From NCBI GenBank assembly GCA_950097015.1, contig CATNEN010000038.1:18228001-18292000 (forward strand): a stretch of DNA of 64,000 bases. Reading direction: 5' to 3'. The notes beneath the pieces were generated by a model. The model was not told where the DNA came from. It did not search any database and was given only the letters and a program-made list of their open reading frames with translations. This document shows positions 39,167-51,251 of the stretch, one piece after another; position 1 is the stretch's first letter, and the number at the start of each line of letters is the position of its first letter. The position numbers were made by a program, and so were the translations under genes. Source of the DNA: Macrostomum hystrix (Eukaryota > Animalia > Platyhelminthes).

Positions 39167-39411
39167 GTGGTATTTAGTATCTGTGGTAAATGCTGCATTA
39201 GTTATTCATGGCTTAAGCTGCGGGAAAAATATTTAAAAAACACATCTAGACATCAGCTGCGTTATTTTTTGACGTCGTAGTAATGTTCATATTCGATCCG
39301 CTTTTTACAAATTGCATTTTTCCTTTTAGTGGCCATTCCAGAATACCACGTAAGTTTTTTGGGAGTAAAAATATTGCTATTGATTAAGGAACTAAATTAT
39401 ATCATGTAAAA

Positions 39412-41558
39412 CAACAACAACAACAACAACAACAAACTACAGCAACCCTGGCTGAGGCCAAAGAGTGGGAAGCTGTCAAAAAGCGCGCGCGAGCGCAGAA
39501 CTGCGCAGAGGATCAGTCCGCGAGGGTCGGAGATGCCGGCATCAGTCAGCAGCAGGTCGACGAAACGTTGTGTCCTCGCCTGGCCGCGCCGCCGTGGTCC
39601 CTGCAGGGAAAGCAGCAGCACATCTTGCAGGGGCTCTGGGCAGCGCTGCTCCGCACGGATAACGTGGCCGGCCAGCTGCAAGCGCCGGGTGCGGAGTAGC
39701 TGGCTTGGCCGGCAGAGCTGGGCCCGGTGGTACAGCTCTTCGTTGCTGATGTTGGTCGTGGAGTTCGGCGAGTAGTGGACTCTGAAGGCAGCGCGCAGAA
39801 GTGCAGCGTGCGCGGCGTTCAGCTGCCGCTCCTGTGAGCTGGTCAGGGTCCACGTGTGGGCGTTGTACAGGAGCACAGTTTCGATGACGGCCTGGTACAG
39901 ACGCCCCCTCAGCCGGTCTGGCAGCGCGGGACACTGCAGTACAGTTCGAAGGGAGCGAAACGCCCCCCAGGCGAGCGCCCTGCGCCGAGCGATGTCGTCC
40001 TGCACGCTTGGCACCAGACCGCCGAAGTAGGTGAATGTCGTGCAGCGAGGCAGCAGCGCCGCCTGCCCGTTCGCATTACGACAGCGGATCTCAGCGGGCA
40101 GGTCTGCCGGGACGGTAAGCACCATCGTCTTCTTGGCGTTCACAGACAGTCCGACCACGGCTGCCGCGGCCGTCAGCTTGTCCAGCAGTCGTTGGGCTCC
40201 TTCCGCAGAGCTTGAAAGCAGCGCCAGATCGTCTGCGTACGCCAGAACGGAGAGCCGCTTCTCGGGATGTCGCCTGCTTGTTCTGCGACAGAGCAAAAAG
40301 CCATTGGAGTCATCAGGAAGGCTGACGCGCAGCACTTAGTCCAGGACCAGGATGAACAGGAAGGGCGCCAGAGTGTCCCCCTGCAGCACGCCAGAGGACG
40401 TGTCGAAAAAGTCCGACAGACCGTCTGGCGTCACAACTGCCACCTTGGTCTCCTGGTACAGGGCCATCACAGCCATTACCAGCTGCTCAGGCACATGGTA
40501 CGCACGCAGGATGGTCGCGATGACTCGCCTCGACACCGAATCGAAGGCCTTCAGAAAGTCCACGAAGATGCAGACGACGATCGATTGGTGGATGCGAGCT
40601 TCTTCTAAGATACGGCGCAACGCGAGAATTTGTGACACTGTGCCCCTGCCTGGCCTGAAACCGTTCTGCTCTCGCCGGAGAAACTGGTCCAGCACTGGCT
40701 GCAGCCGCGTCAGCAGCACCCTGTTGTACAACTTCGCGGCGCAAGACATCAGTGAGATTCCGCGATGCTCGTCGATCTTGATGGTGCCGGGCTTCTTTGG
40801 AATTCCAACGATGTGCGCAGTCCGCCACTCGGGAGGGGCGACACCCCCCGCGAGTACGCGGTTCATCACTTGCGTAACTTCCCGCGCCACTCGCGGGAGG
40901 CGCAGCACCTCGATCGTTACCTCGTCAGGTCCCGTGGCCTTGCCTCCCGGCGTCTTCTTTGCGAGCTGTAGCACCTCGTCGATGGTGATGGGGCTGGTGT
41001 TTAAGGCACTCTCCTCCGGCAGAGCGACCTCCTCCGGGAGCGACAGAGGCGGTGGAGGCGCGTTGACGATGCCGGAGAAGAAGTCCCGGAGCTCGTTTCG
41101 TCTCTCTTCGGGCGTGTCACCTGCCAGGTTTAGCGCATTGCGCCGCTTGCGGCCCGTCAGCTTGTTGACAACCGACAAAACGGCACGGTGCTTCTTGTCA
41201 GGACCAGCGTCGGTGACTTCCCGGATAGCGGCCTCCACTGCGGTGCACTGCCGCATCTTGAAGGTCTCCGCTAGGGCCTTCTCTGCGTCTTCGTCGGCTG
41301 TCCGCTCTTCCGCAGTCTCTCAACTCTCAGCCGAGCCTGCCGCAGCAACTCGTCATCCTGCCACACAGGCTTACCGCTTTGTGCTGGCTGTACAAGCGGC
41401 AGTGTTTTAGTGGCGGCGACATGGACGGCGGTGCTGATGTCCGAGTATTCGGTTGTGGTGGCTGCATCCGGTCTCCCTTCTAGCGCCTCAGTGAAGGCCT
41501 GGCAGAAGCGGCCCCTCAAGGATGGATTGCGCAGGGCACGGAAATAGCGTTTCGGTAA
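39412..41558 (-). mobile_element. 5'-truncated RTE-like LINE; RT carries an in-frame stop at 40336-40338
   Basis: KATGPD, HRGISL, QNGFRPGR, FVDFLKAFDSV, GVLQGDTLAPFLF, YADD; (ttg)n tail; 11-bp TSD atcatgtaaaa (39401-39411, 41559-41569). Confidence 0.92.
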
Positions 41559-41825
41559 ATCATGTAAAAGCTCCATGAGACTTTATGAGGCGATTATTAG
41601 GGCGCTGTAATCATCTAGAAATTCGTTCTGAGCACAGAACCGTGTTTATAATTTTAGTTAGTTTCATATCATAGGCACCGAGGAAAAAGTTTCACATGTT
41701 TTACGCGGAACTGTGAGTACGATCGTTCACGAACTACTTCTAAGATAGCTATAGTAATAAGTAGACTAACTTTATACTATTATTATTATTATTATTAAAA
41801 CGCGCACGCCATCTATGGGTGCTGA

Positions 41826-42896
41826 TTTTTTTTTTTTATATTTTTTTTAACAACACATTTAAATGAACAACGAAAAGCAACATAAAAAGCGAAGTTTAGT
41901 AGGAATCAAATATCGAGCTGGCAAGGGAAAGCAAAGGTATTAAAAATAAGAGCAGTAAAAACACAAGGGACGGCAGGGATAAAACAAAATATGAAATATC
42001 TATTGTTGAATGCTAGTAAGATCTCGTAGTCTCAGGGCAGCTGTTCCCTTATTTTAGATATTTCTATGATGTATTTTGCTAAAGCTTCAGCGGTTTCCCT
42101 ATCGTCTTGGGCCATTATGTAGTTAGATTTTTCTTCTGCTGTTAAGGATATGAAATTGGGGGTTTTCCCAGAAACTTCCGTCTCAAATTTCGAACGTGCT
42201 GCGCTATATTTATTCCAAGTGCACTTAAAAAGGAAGTGGACCTCGTTTTCAACTTCTGTTTTGCACTTACTACATAATCTATTTACATACGGAATTTTCG
42301 GTCTCGCAGTTCGCAATGTTTCGCAAGCTAGCTTATGGTTTCCTAGTCTAAACGAGGCTATGGTACGTCTCCACTCCGGGTTGTATATTTGTTGTAAATA
42401 TTTTTCGGCTGAATAATATTGCTTGAAGGAGTAATAGAAGTGACTTAGCTTGCTTGAGTTCTGTGTCCTTTGTCTCCAATGGGTATCGAACTGAGAAACG
42501 AAATTTTTCCTGTGGTTTCCAATTGCTTTTGCAGGACTAATGCCTCTGCAGTTCAGCATAACGTCATTGTTGGTCTTTGCTTTGATTCCAACATCACTGT
42601 ATGTTTGGTCCGCCAATAACTTGGAAATTATGGAGTCCGGCCGGCTTGTTATGGAGGCCCAGTACGAAATGCTTCTTTTCTGGATGTTGTATAATAAAGG
42701 CAATCTGCCTAACTCCGAGCGGGCCCCGTTGCCATCCGTATTTTGGCTGACTTGTAGTATGGCTTTACAGCACCTGATGTTTACTCTTTCAAAAAGACAG
42801 CGGTCCCAAGGACCCAGGTTCCACGAGACAAAAGCCCCCCAGGCCTCAGAGGCGTACAGAGCTATGCTTTCTATCATTGCTGTGCAGTACAGCATG
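41826..42896 (-). mobile_element. 3' fragment of a non-LTR retrotransposon (RTEX/CR1-like C-terminus) with poly(A)
   Basis: LYASEAWG, RSELGRLPL, FRLGNHKL, RLCSKC...ENEVHFLFKC; A-rich tail; possible TSD gctgatt. Confidence 0.8.
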
Positions 42897-43953
42897 AGCT
42901 GATTGTATCTGACCGCCCCATGGCTGGCTAATTTCCTTAAGAGAAGAATAGGATATCCACATTTTTTGTTAATCTCTGTGGCATCAATATACTAGTTACT
43001 AGGTTATTGATTTATCTATAATCTAGTTGTAAAGCCTTATGTCTCAATTAACGGACTTAGCCTTTATCTAAAATGCTATCATCTACGAACTATAATGCTA
43101 TATAAATTAATCTAAGCAGCTTAAAATGTATTTATGATCATCGTAATGTCACTAGATCTCTATGCGTCTGTCTTTCAATTTTAGGCCTTTAATTATATAA
43201 TTAATAAATTAATGTACGAGTAGTGACATCTTTAAAATGAATTGATCTGTATTCGCAGTAAGAATTGAGCACAATGTTAATTGTGTTGCACTGAAAGAAA
43301 TCGAAAACGGCAGGCTAAGCCTGCAAGCCGAGCATCAAAGTATATTAAAAACGAGATAAGGAGGGGGCAGAAGATTTACATAAGTAAGGACGGGCCAGAG
43401 GGTAAGAGCCGAAAAGTAGGGGTGAGGAAAAGCGTGTCGAACAGCTAGCCAATCAGAGACGATCAGGGAAAGGAATTAGTGAAGTGAAGGTTAGATAATA
43501 GGTACTTGACAATTAGAGCAGTGTTATTACTCGTAAGTTTTCTCTTTGTTGAAACGACAATTAAAATTAACTTTAATCTTGCTGAGAAAACAAGGCTAAG
43601 CACATACTCGTAGTTGAGACATTAAGCGCCTTACAATTAGTTTAGTAATCAATTAACTGCTTAACCACATTATACTTTCTTATTTAATTGCTACAGAACA
43701 GAAATAGTACTCGGAGTTCCGTGCAAAAAAAATCGAAACTGATTTACACGGAGCATTTATAAGTGTTATAAGAACACTATAAGGCATGTGAATGCCAAAA
43801 AAGAGTTTTATACGCAGTTTGCAGTAAAAAATATTATATCGTACTTTTATTAATTGTTTCTTATATAATGAAATAAAATCATTATGCCTCTATGAGTCGC
43901 TGACTACATGTCTCACTTAATACTCGTAATTCGTCGTTATTATTATAGTTCAT

Positions 43954-44690
43954 TGGCTGGCCGAGGAAGGCAGGAGAGTCGGGCTTCACATTAACTACAA
44001 CAAGACGGAGGTCCTGCACATGGGCACAGCAACCGCCCCACCACTCCAACTTCCAGACGGCAATGTCATCAACACCTGCCAGGACTTTAAGTACTTAGGT
44101 GTGGAAATTTTGGACGCCAACGCCATCATCGAATTCCGCAAGCAACAGGCCTGGCGCGCCCTCCACCTTCTGCGTACCATCTTTGACTCTACTGCCTCCG
44201 ACGTCCTGAAGATCGGCCTCTTCCGCTCAGCTGTCGAATCCGTCCTTGCATATGGCCTCGAAGCAGTGCCGATGACGCCTACCCGTGAGGCTGCCCTGGA
44301 GGCGTCTCACCGACACCTGCTGAGGTCGGCGCTTGGCATCCGCTACCCTGAGACTGCGAGCAACGCCGAGCTGACCGCGAGAGCCCGTGTGCCCTCCTTC
44401 GCTCGTTCCCTGCAAAGGCGTCGGCAAATGCTGGCCGGCCACTGCCTGCGGGCTCATGCGAGGGGTGCGGGCCCGCCGCTCGCGACCCTTCTGCTCAACC
44501 CGCCCAGTGAAGGCCTTCGGCGTGGACAGGGCCGTCGCGTGACTCTACTTGATTGCCTTTTAACTGACTTGCAGAGTCTTGGCTTCTCCCCTCAGGCTGC
44601 TGCCAGGGCTGACTCCCGCGTTTTTCGGCAGCGTGTGTTCGCTGCAGTTTTCTAACCTCCGCAGCGTCCGTTATTATTATTATTATTATA
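43954..44690 (+). mobile_element. 3' fragment of an RTE-like LINE
   Basis: DFKYLG thumb, LFRSAVESVLAYG, LAGHCLR, RRGQGRR (paralleling the 39412 element); (tta)n tail. Confidence 0.85.
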
Positions 44691-46619
44691 AGTTCACGAT
44701 CTGCCGAGCCGATCGATATACTTTAGTATGTAATGGTTCCCCGATACATATTCAGATTTATATTCGAAATAACAAACACTCTGGCTCTGTCCTACCAAAT
44801 CACATGAAAATTTACAGTCTTCGAACAGCAAGCGAGTTTTCAGTACATATCAAATTTGGAGTCGGTTCGTAGTACAGTTCAAAAGTTATTCACGTCGATC
44901 TGAACTGTGCTCGCCTATCTCCGCAATTTCAACCAAACTTTACAGTCGTCGAACAGCAAGCAAGAAAATTTTTTGAATGGTATTATAAATGATACAAGAA
45001 TGCAAAGGGTGAAGTACCCGACATTTGAATTTTTATTTAGAGCTTGCTACGTATGAATGCGATTTGTGATTACATCGCACATACGTATAACATACGCAAA
45101 AATGAAAAGCAGCATAACGAACGGCCCTGCAAACAATAGGTCTAAAACATTGCGCTCAATCCTTTTACGGATAAGTAATTGCGGTCAATCTACAGTTATA
45201 GATGACTCGGAAACTGATCTGAAATTAAACCGAACTTGAATTTCAACAATAGACTTAAATGTGCCTTAAATGTGACTTAAATTGACTTAATTGACTTAAA
45301 TTTACTTACTTGACATAATTGACCCTAATGCGACATTATTATATGATGTTTACTTTCCTCGCTACCTGGTGGATTGTTGTTGTCTTTTGCTCTTGTTTTC
45401 AGAGGTTATCTAGATATAGTAAGTTAATTTTTAAGGATCTGCTTCTATATAGAATGTATGTACTTCTATATGTACTATATAGTAATGTACTATACATGCA
45501 TCAAAGCTTCAAAATTATTGCATACGCAAGACATAATCGGATTTTCATTACAGAGTTTTAAGCGATAAAAAGTTTTCTCAAGCTAGAAGTCTGTTAAGCT
45601 TATGAGCCAAACATATTGTCACAGAACACACAATTACAAAGCCTTTATCCATGTCATTTGTGGAGACACAGTCCTCGTGGTGCCAAAATAGACAGGACGG
45701 GCACTCGATCTGAAATGTGAATCAAGCAGCTCGTGTGACATTCAATTTTCTTGGCATCCATTTCCTCAAGCAATGTCCATCTTATTAAAGTGCAGACGTG
45801 GAGTCTTGTATTTGCTACATGTTTTCGCATACCCAGTTGATTAAGCGACGAGAGCTTTTTCCTGTCTCATTAGATTCGCATGTCCTACAGAAATTTTGCT
45901 CGACGAGATCCGCATCGTTGTGAATCGTCTGCCAAATATATGTTCTTGAGTTGGCCAGAAAGTTATAATCAGCAGAGAACTGCAGAGACTGGTCAAAGAC
46001 AAGCATTCGAACAAAGAGGCATACAAAGACACCGCAGCTGTAGCCGTCCTTCTGTCGAGTTATGCACAATTGAATTTGATTCATATGTCTCGCCGTCGCA
46101 AAATATGTTTGACGTTTCTCTTCTGCCATCGTCACATGCGCTTGTAAAAAGGCTGTAGCATTAGGAAATTAGAGAATTTTGCGTCGACGTTGCGCCCAGC
46201 CGAGCCCGACCCAAGGTATTTGCTGTCTTACTTTAGAACGTGCAGCACAATTTCCCGCAAAACCAGCTACCAACCATCACTTGGGTGGGTGATTAAGGCC
46301 TGATTCCCTTCCAACTTGGGATCAGCAACCCAGGACTTCGGCGCTCGCATTGAGACTGCCATCCCCAGGGGTTCATAGGATATTTATTATTGCATTTATT
46401 TTTTACAAAAATCTGGTGTAGACTTCCAGCGATCCACAATACGCATCAGTCCTTTGGAATTATCATTCGACCTTGAAGAATCTATGATACACACCTTTTT
46501 CTGTTCGACGGATATGTAGATTAGATAGAAGTGCGAGCCGGTGTAAATTGGAATAAAAAATTTTCTGATGAACTAAAATGTAATTGAAGGGGATGAATTA
46601 AAGTGCAGTTGGGTTGAAA

Positions 46620-46895
46620 GCCCCAATTGGGCCAGGTGTGCAGCTGACTGCACAGCCGCAGCTGTTGTGAAGATTGCGTTTGGCTGTTCAGTCCATGGAC
46701 TGTGGGACGCCATGCACACCCACCCTCAATTATCCCAGCTAATGCTGGTAACCATGCAACTGGGTGAACTAAGGCAAAGTCAGTGTCTTGCTAAGTGTCT
46801 TGCTAAAGGACACGAACTGTTCCAGTGGAGTCGGGAATCGAACCCCCAACCTTCACGTTGTGAGTCCGACGCTCTAACCACAAGGCTACACCCTC
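46620..46895 (-). mobile_element. SINE family B copy inside the MULE element
   Basis: Homologous to 29408-29676; B-box ggttcgattcc on the minus strand. Confidence 0.8.
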
Positions 46896-47389
46896 TGAGA
46901 GCGTACAAGATATTTACATTGTTGTGCTCAGTATTGATTCAAAACTGTTCACTTGAGAACAAAACTGTACAAAGCGCACCTTGTTATTGAACCGATCATT
47001 GAGTATCGTTTGGACATTGCCCTCATCTGCCTCTTGTGTGGAATCAAGCAAAGTATAAAATTCGTCTTGTGTGAGAAGACAACAGCCTTCAGATCGAGAT
47101 ACCAGGCAGTTTATGAACGCGAGAAGAATCTGTAAATTAAAGAACACTCAATAGATCTGTGCATATAGGTCGATGCTAAACATTTAACTCAGTATTTAGC
47201 AACAAATGATAAATAAACTTTGCACGGAATAATCCAGCCAATTACGACCATCGAGACTTTTCTTATGAGAGGCCAATATAGGAAAGTTCGGATAGCTTTT
47301 TAGAGTGAAGAGTACTGCATGGATCATTCTCAAAGTCGCTTGATCTTTGTACTGTGGGCTTCTTATTGGAACCACTAGTAGCAATGTTA

Positions 47390-47520
47390 CACTGTAAAAA
47401 ATATGTGGCCGAAAAAGTAGCTGAAAAGTGGCCAAACGCAAGTAGCCTAAAAGTGGCCAAGAGTGTCCCACGTTCGGCCACATTTCCGGCCACTTTTTAA
47501 GTGGCCGAACGTGGCCATTT
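47390..47520. mobile_element. Possible one-ended CACTG (CMC/EnSpm-like) terminal fragment
   Basis: cactgtaaaaaa followed by ~7 gtggcc/ggccac motifs; no partner end found. Confidence 0.35.
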
Positions 47521-50500
47521 CGCTATATAGCGAAGAAATCATTGTTCACTTTGTTCACAAACTTGCGTTTGCGCGAAGTATTCTTGCATTTTTGTCTGTT
47601 AAATACTTCTCTGGCAGATTCTTCAGTACAGGAGGCAGACTTTTGTCGTCTGCTAAATTTTGGCCTCGGGACACGCTTAAATAGTGTACTTTCGTTTATC
47701 TTTTGACGTACGACACAAATAATGTGAGAAATGTAGAAATTGATACTTTTTCTCTCTTTTGATTTAGCATGTCCTTAACATTTTTAAACCAAGCTTCAAC
47801 GTGCGCGTTGGAATAGTATGATTTAAGCGTATCAGCAGCCAGGTGGTTCCAAGTAAATTGTGCCCAAAGAGGTAGTGTTGATAAATAGCGCACCAAGAAT
47901 ATGCTGACGATGGCAGGGTAGTAAAACGGGTTAGCTTCATCCGATTGATCTGATTTATAGGTTTCGTTGATTCTCTCAGTGATCACTGTATACGTTCTAT
48001 TAAAGTAGGCAAAGAACGGTGAACTTTTGAAAAATGAATCATCGACAGTACCTTTTTGTGTCTCCACAGAAAAAATGTTGGGTTTCAACGGCTCAGAATC
48101 CCATTCGTCCAATACGCTATGATTGAATCTATTTTCGTTCAGCAAGGTGGCTACTTGGATTCTTGCAGCAATAGTTGATCGCACTGATTTCGATAGGAAA
48201 ATTATTGCGACACACTTTTTTAACTCTATTACTTCAGTTCTAGAAGATGAATATTGAATAAGCGTAAATATTTTAAGAAAAAGCATTCTACTGCGCTTAT
48301 CAAGCCCTAGTCGCTTGGCATGCTGATTCACAGACTTGATTATGTGCATGATTGGAGCACAGAAAAACACCATAATGAAGATCATTTCGACATTTTTTTT
48401 CAAAAAACTCGAATTGCAGCTTTACGTATTGGTTGTAATCGCAGTGATGAAAATCTAGACATGCATGCAGTTGGGCCCAGGAGAAGTCCGACACAAAAAC
48501 TATTGGTAGGTTTGACTGCCAACGATATGACGATAATTGCAATACTGAATGTCTAAAAGTTTTTAAAAAGTGTGCGATAGACGCTACATTGTGACTATTT
48601 GTAATGTAGTTAGAAACAGGCGTTGCAGTTGAATTTTGTTCCGCAGTAGTAACTATTGAGTACAGGTAGATACTTCCAGGTGCACTACTTTTCTTGATAA
48701 TGGAACCTGTTGCGTCGATGTGCAAAAATGTTGGTCGGTCAGCAGATAGCAAAGACAACAAAAGCCTGATTTCCGCAGCAGAAATTAATATGAGCCGAAA
48801 TGGATCTATGCATCTTTCACGGATAACACGTGGTATAATTGCATCAGGAAATTCAGCTTCATAAAATTTCTGAAGGATGCCAAGCTGAACGGGCATACTG
48901 TTGTGCAGTCGCTCCTCAGCACAAATAAGGCGCCGTAAATTTTTCATGACACCAAGTGTTTTACATGAATCAAAGTTTTTTGATAAGAAGTAAGACAAAT
49001 TGTAGCTTGAGCACAAATTTTTGCGGTAAGCCTCCGTAGCTCCGACTTCGCGAATTTGTGCTACGAGTATAAATTTTTGTCTCTCTTCGTGTGTTGTTCG
49101 TCTAAAGCAGCTGTAGGCCGACTTTGAATGATCGAATTTGCCATATGATTGAACAGAAAATTTGTATTCATCATTTTTCGGAGGATTCTGCATAACAAAT
49201 CTATATTAACCTACTGCATCCAGCAATTTTACAACCAGCTTTAATTGTCCAAAACCTAGTTTTTGGCTTTTATATGGTTGTAACCAGAAAATACTAAAAC
49301 GCAAGTTGAAATCCTTCGCATTGCCTTACTGATTGCTTTGTTCGTATCCGGACGAGAAGATTCAAATCGTGTCTCAACCATTTGCAAACCTATGTTCTTT
49401 ACATCATTAGCTTCTAAGTCAATCTCTAATTCTTTACTGTTTCCCGACTGGTCACAGACTAAATGTTCTTCTTCTTGACTTTGAAATTCATGGTATAGTT
49501 CAAAGTTGCGATTCTCTTGCCGTGCGTTCTCGTCGAAAATTCCCTCCATGCTATTTATGGAACTTTGCTTACTTACAGAGTCAGAATTAGACTCTGATCC
49601 TTCCGAGCTGCAGTCATCTCCGTCTCCGTGTTGCGCCCCTGCGGCAAACCGACGATCAGCACTTGAGTTGCTTTGCTCTCTCGGATATAATGTTTATGCG
49701 TGCCCATAGCATGTTGCGCTGACGAACACGGTTGCGCATTCGCAGACGGCGAAAGAGTAATTCGAAGAAAGGCGTCGATCTTCGAAAGTCTGTCGGTCGT
49801 GGAAAGACTTCCGCTGCTTCACGAATAGCTCGATCAATCTGTTAATTTGATATTTAAATTCGTACAATGAACCTATTGTTTACTTTTTACTGGATAAAAT
49901 AACAAATAATAGATAATAACAGCATTGAGGGCTTGCCGGTGTCACTGCACGATATCTTATGGGAAGGTGCATTCTATCAGGGCTTGCGTTAAACATACGT
50001 AACAGTAACAGAGTTAGCTATAACTGCTGCACTTTTTGGGGCGTCGGTCTTCTGACTACTATAGAGTGGCCCTCTCCACCACGCCCGAGAAATATTTCGG
50101 TATAAAAAACTCACCTCTTCGACAGATGGCAGACAACTACTTGTATATATGCAGAAGAAAAAGCAAAAAAGCATTTAAAAAACGCAATTCATGGCGCACT
50201 AGCTAAATATAAAAGAACAAACAATAGCAATATTTAAATTAACGCAGAACAATAATCGTACAGCTAAATCGCAGATTCACTTTCGACGCTATTTCGCAAG
50301 AGAAATCTTCTGTGATAGCAAGAATTTAGGATTAAGAAAAGGCGATCTAGGCAGAATTTAAAGACAAATGCAAGGAGGAGGTCCAGGACATACATATAAA
50401 TCTTAAAAAGAAGTCATCTTTCCTTACCATATGCTGGTAAAGTGCAAGTACAGTAAAAAGGACAGGGCTCAATAGCCTTTGACATCTTGTTTACGCCCAT

Positions 50501-50857
50501 AGACTATACCAGTAGAGCCACAGTCTCTTCCTTTTTAAAGAAAAAGACTGTATGTCCGACGCCTCGAAACTCTGCAGACTTTCTGTGTGAATTAAAGTGT
50601 GAAGTTCACACCAATCGATAATTCGATAGCGTCTCAAAGATGTCAAAGTTTTGCATGTTGAATTTTATTCTATAGTGGCCTCGTAGAACTTTTAAGAGGT
50701 TTAGTTTTCTTTCCACTCACCAACAAAGCGTTTGTGTCTCGCATGTCATACGACGGAGGGTGTTAAGGACGATCGGGAAGCTAAGAATAGAAAAGCGTCG
50801 TTCTGTACCAGTAATCATACCTGTTGTGGGTTTCGTTACGATAATTCCGTAAATAGT

Positions 50858-50984
50858 TTTCTAGAACTTTCTACCACTTGTTATAACACTCTGTTGTTTC
50901 CAGAATCTTCTCTGCGCCTCCCCCGCGGGCTATCTATGAGAACTTTCTAGAAAGTTCTCCCACTCGCTCCCCAGGCTATAAATA
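50858..50984 (+). promoter_or_regulatory. 5' LTR promoter: three heat-shock-element arrays plus TATA box
   Basis: tTTCtaGAActTTCt 50858-50872; tTTCcaGAAtcTTCt 50897-50911; aGAActTTCtaGAAagTTCt 50939-50958; TATAAATA 50977-50984. Confidence 0.75.
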
Positions 50985-51251
50985 GAAACCCCCGCGCGGT
51001 GCACACACTCAAAAACTTTCCAGTATTTAATAATACTGCTGTTACAAATATACGCTTATCCAGTCGACTGCCGAGTGCTCCTTTCGGCGCTATACTTACA
51101 TTTACCAACACTACAATTGGAATCTCTGTATTCGTTACTTCAAGAATACAACAGGGATTTTCTGGCGTCGCAAGCAGGATCTTGATCAACTTCGAGGACG
51201 TCTTATCTACAACGACTGTCACTATTGACCGAAGGATCAAGCTACTACATC

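Larger units (their letters stand above)
45620..49550 (-). pseudogene. Degenerate NOF-like MULE DDE transposase fused to a Ulp1/C48-type protease and a PHD finger
   Basis: LHIDATG (D), VSDFSWA (D), SNAHVEAWF (E); protease motifs RNWLDYSV, FIPIYTGSHFYLIY..IIDS, QKDGYSCGVF; CRTC...IECPSCLFWHHEDC; frameshift near 48300-48400 and insertions. Confidence 0.75.

Noticed and set aside
40352-41410. 352-aa + strand ORF
   Set aside because: Antisense shadow of the GC-rich RTE reverse transcriptase
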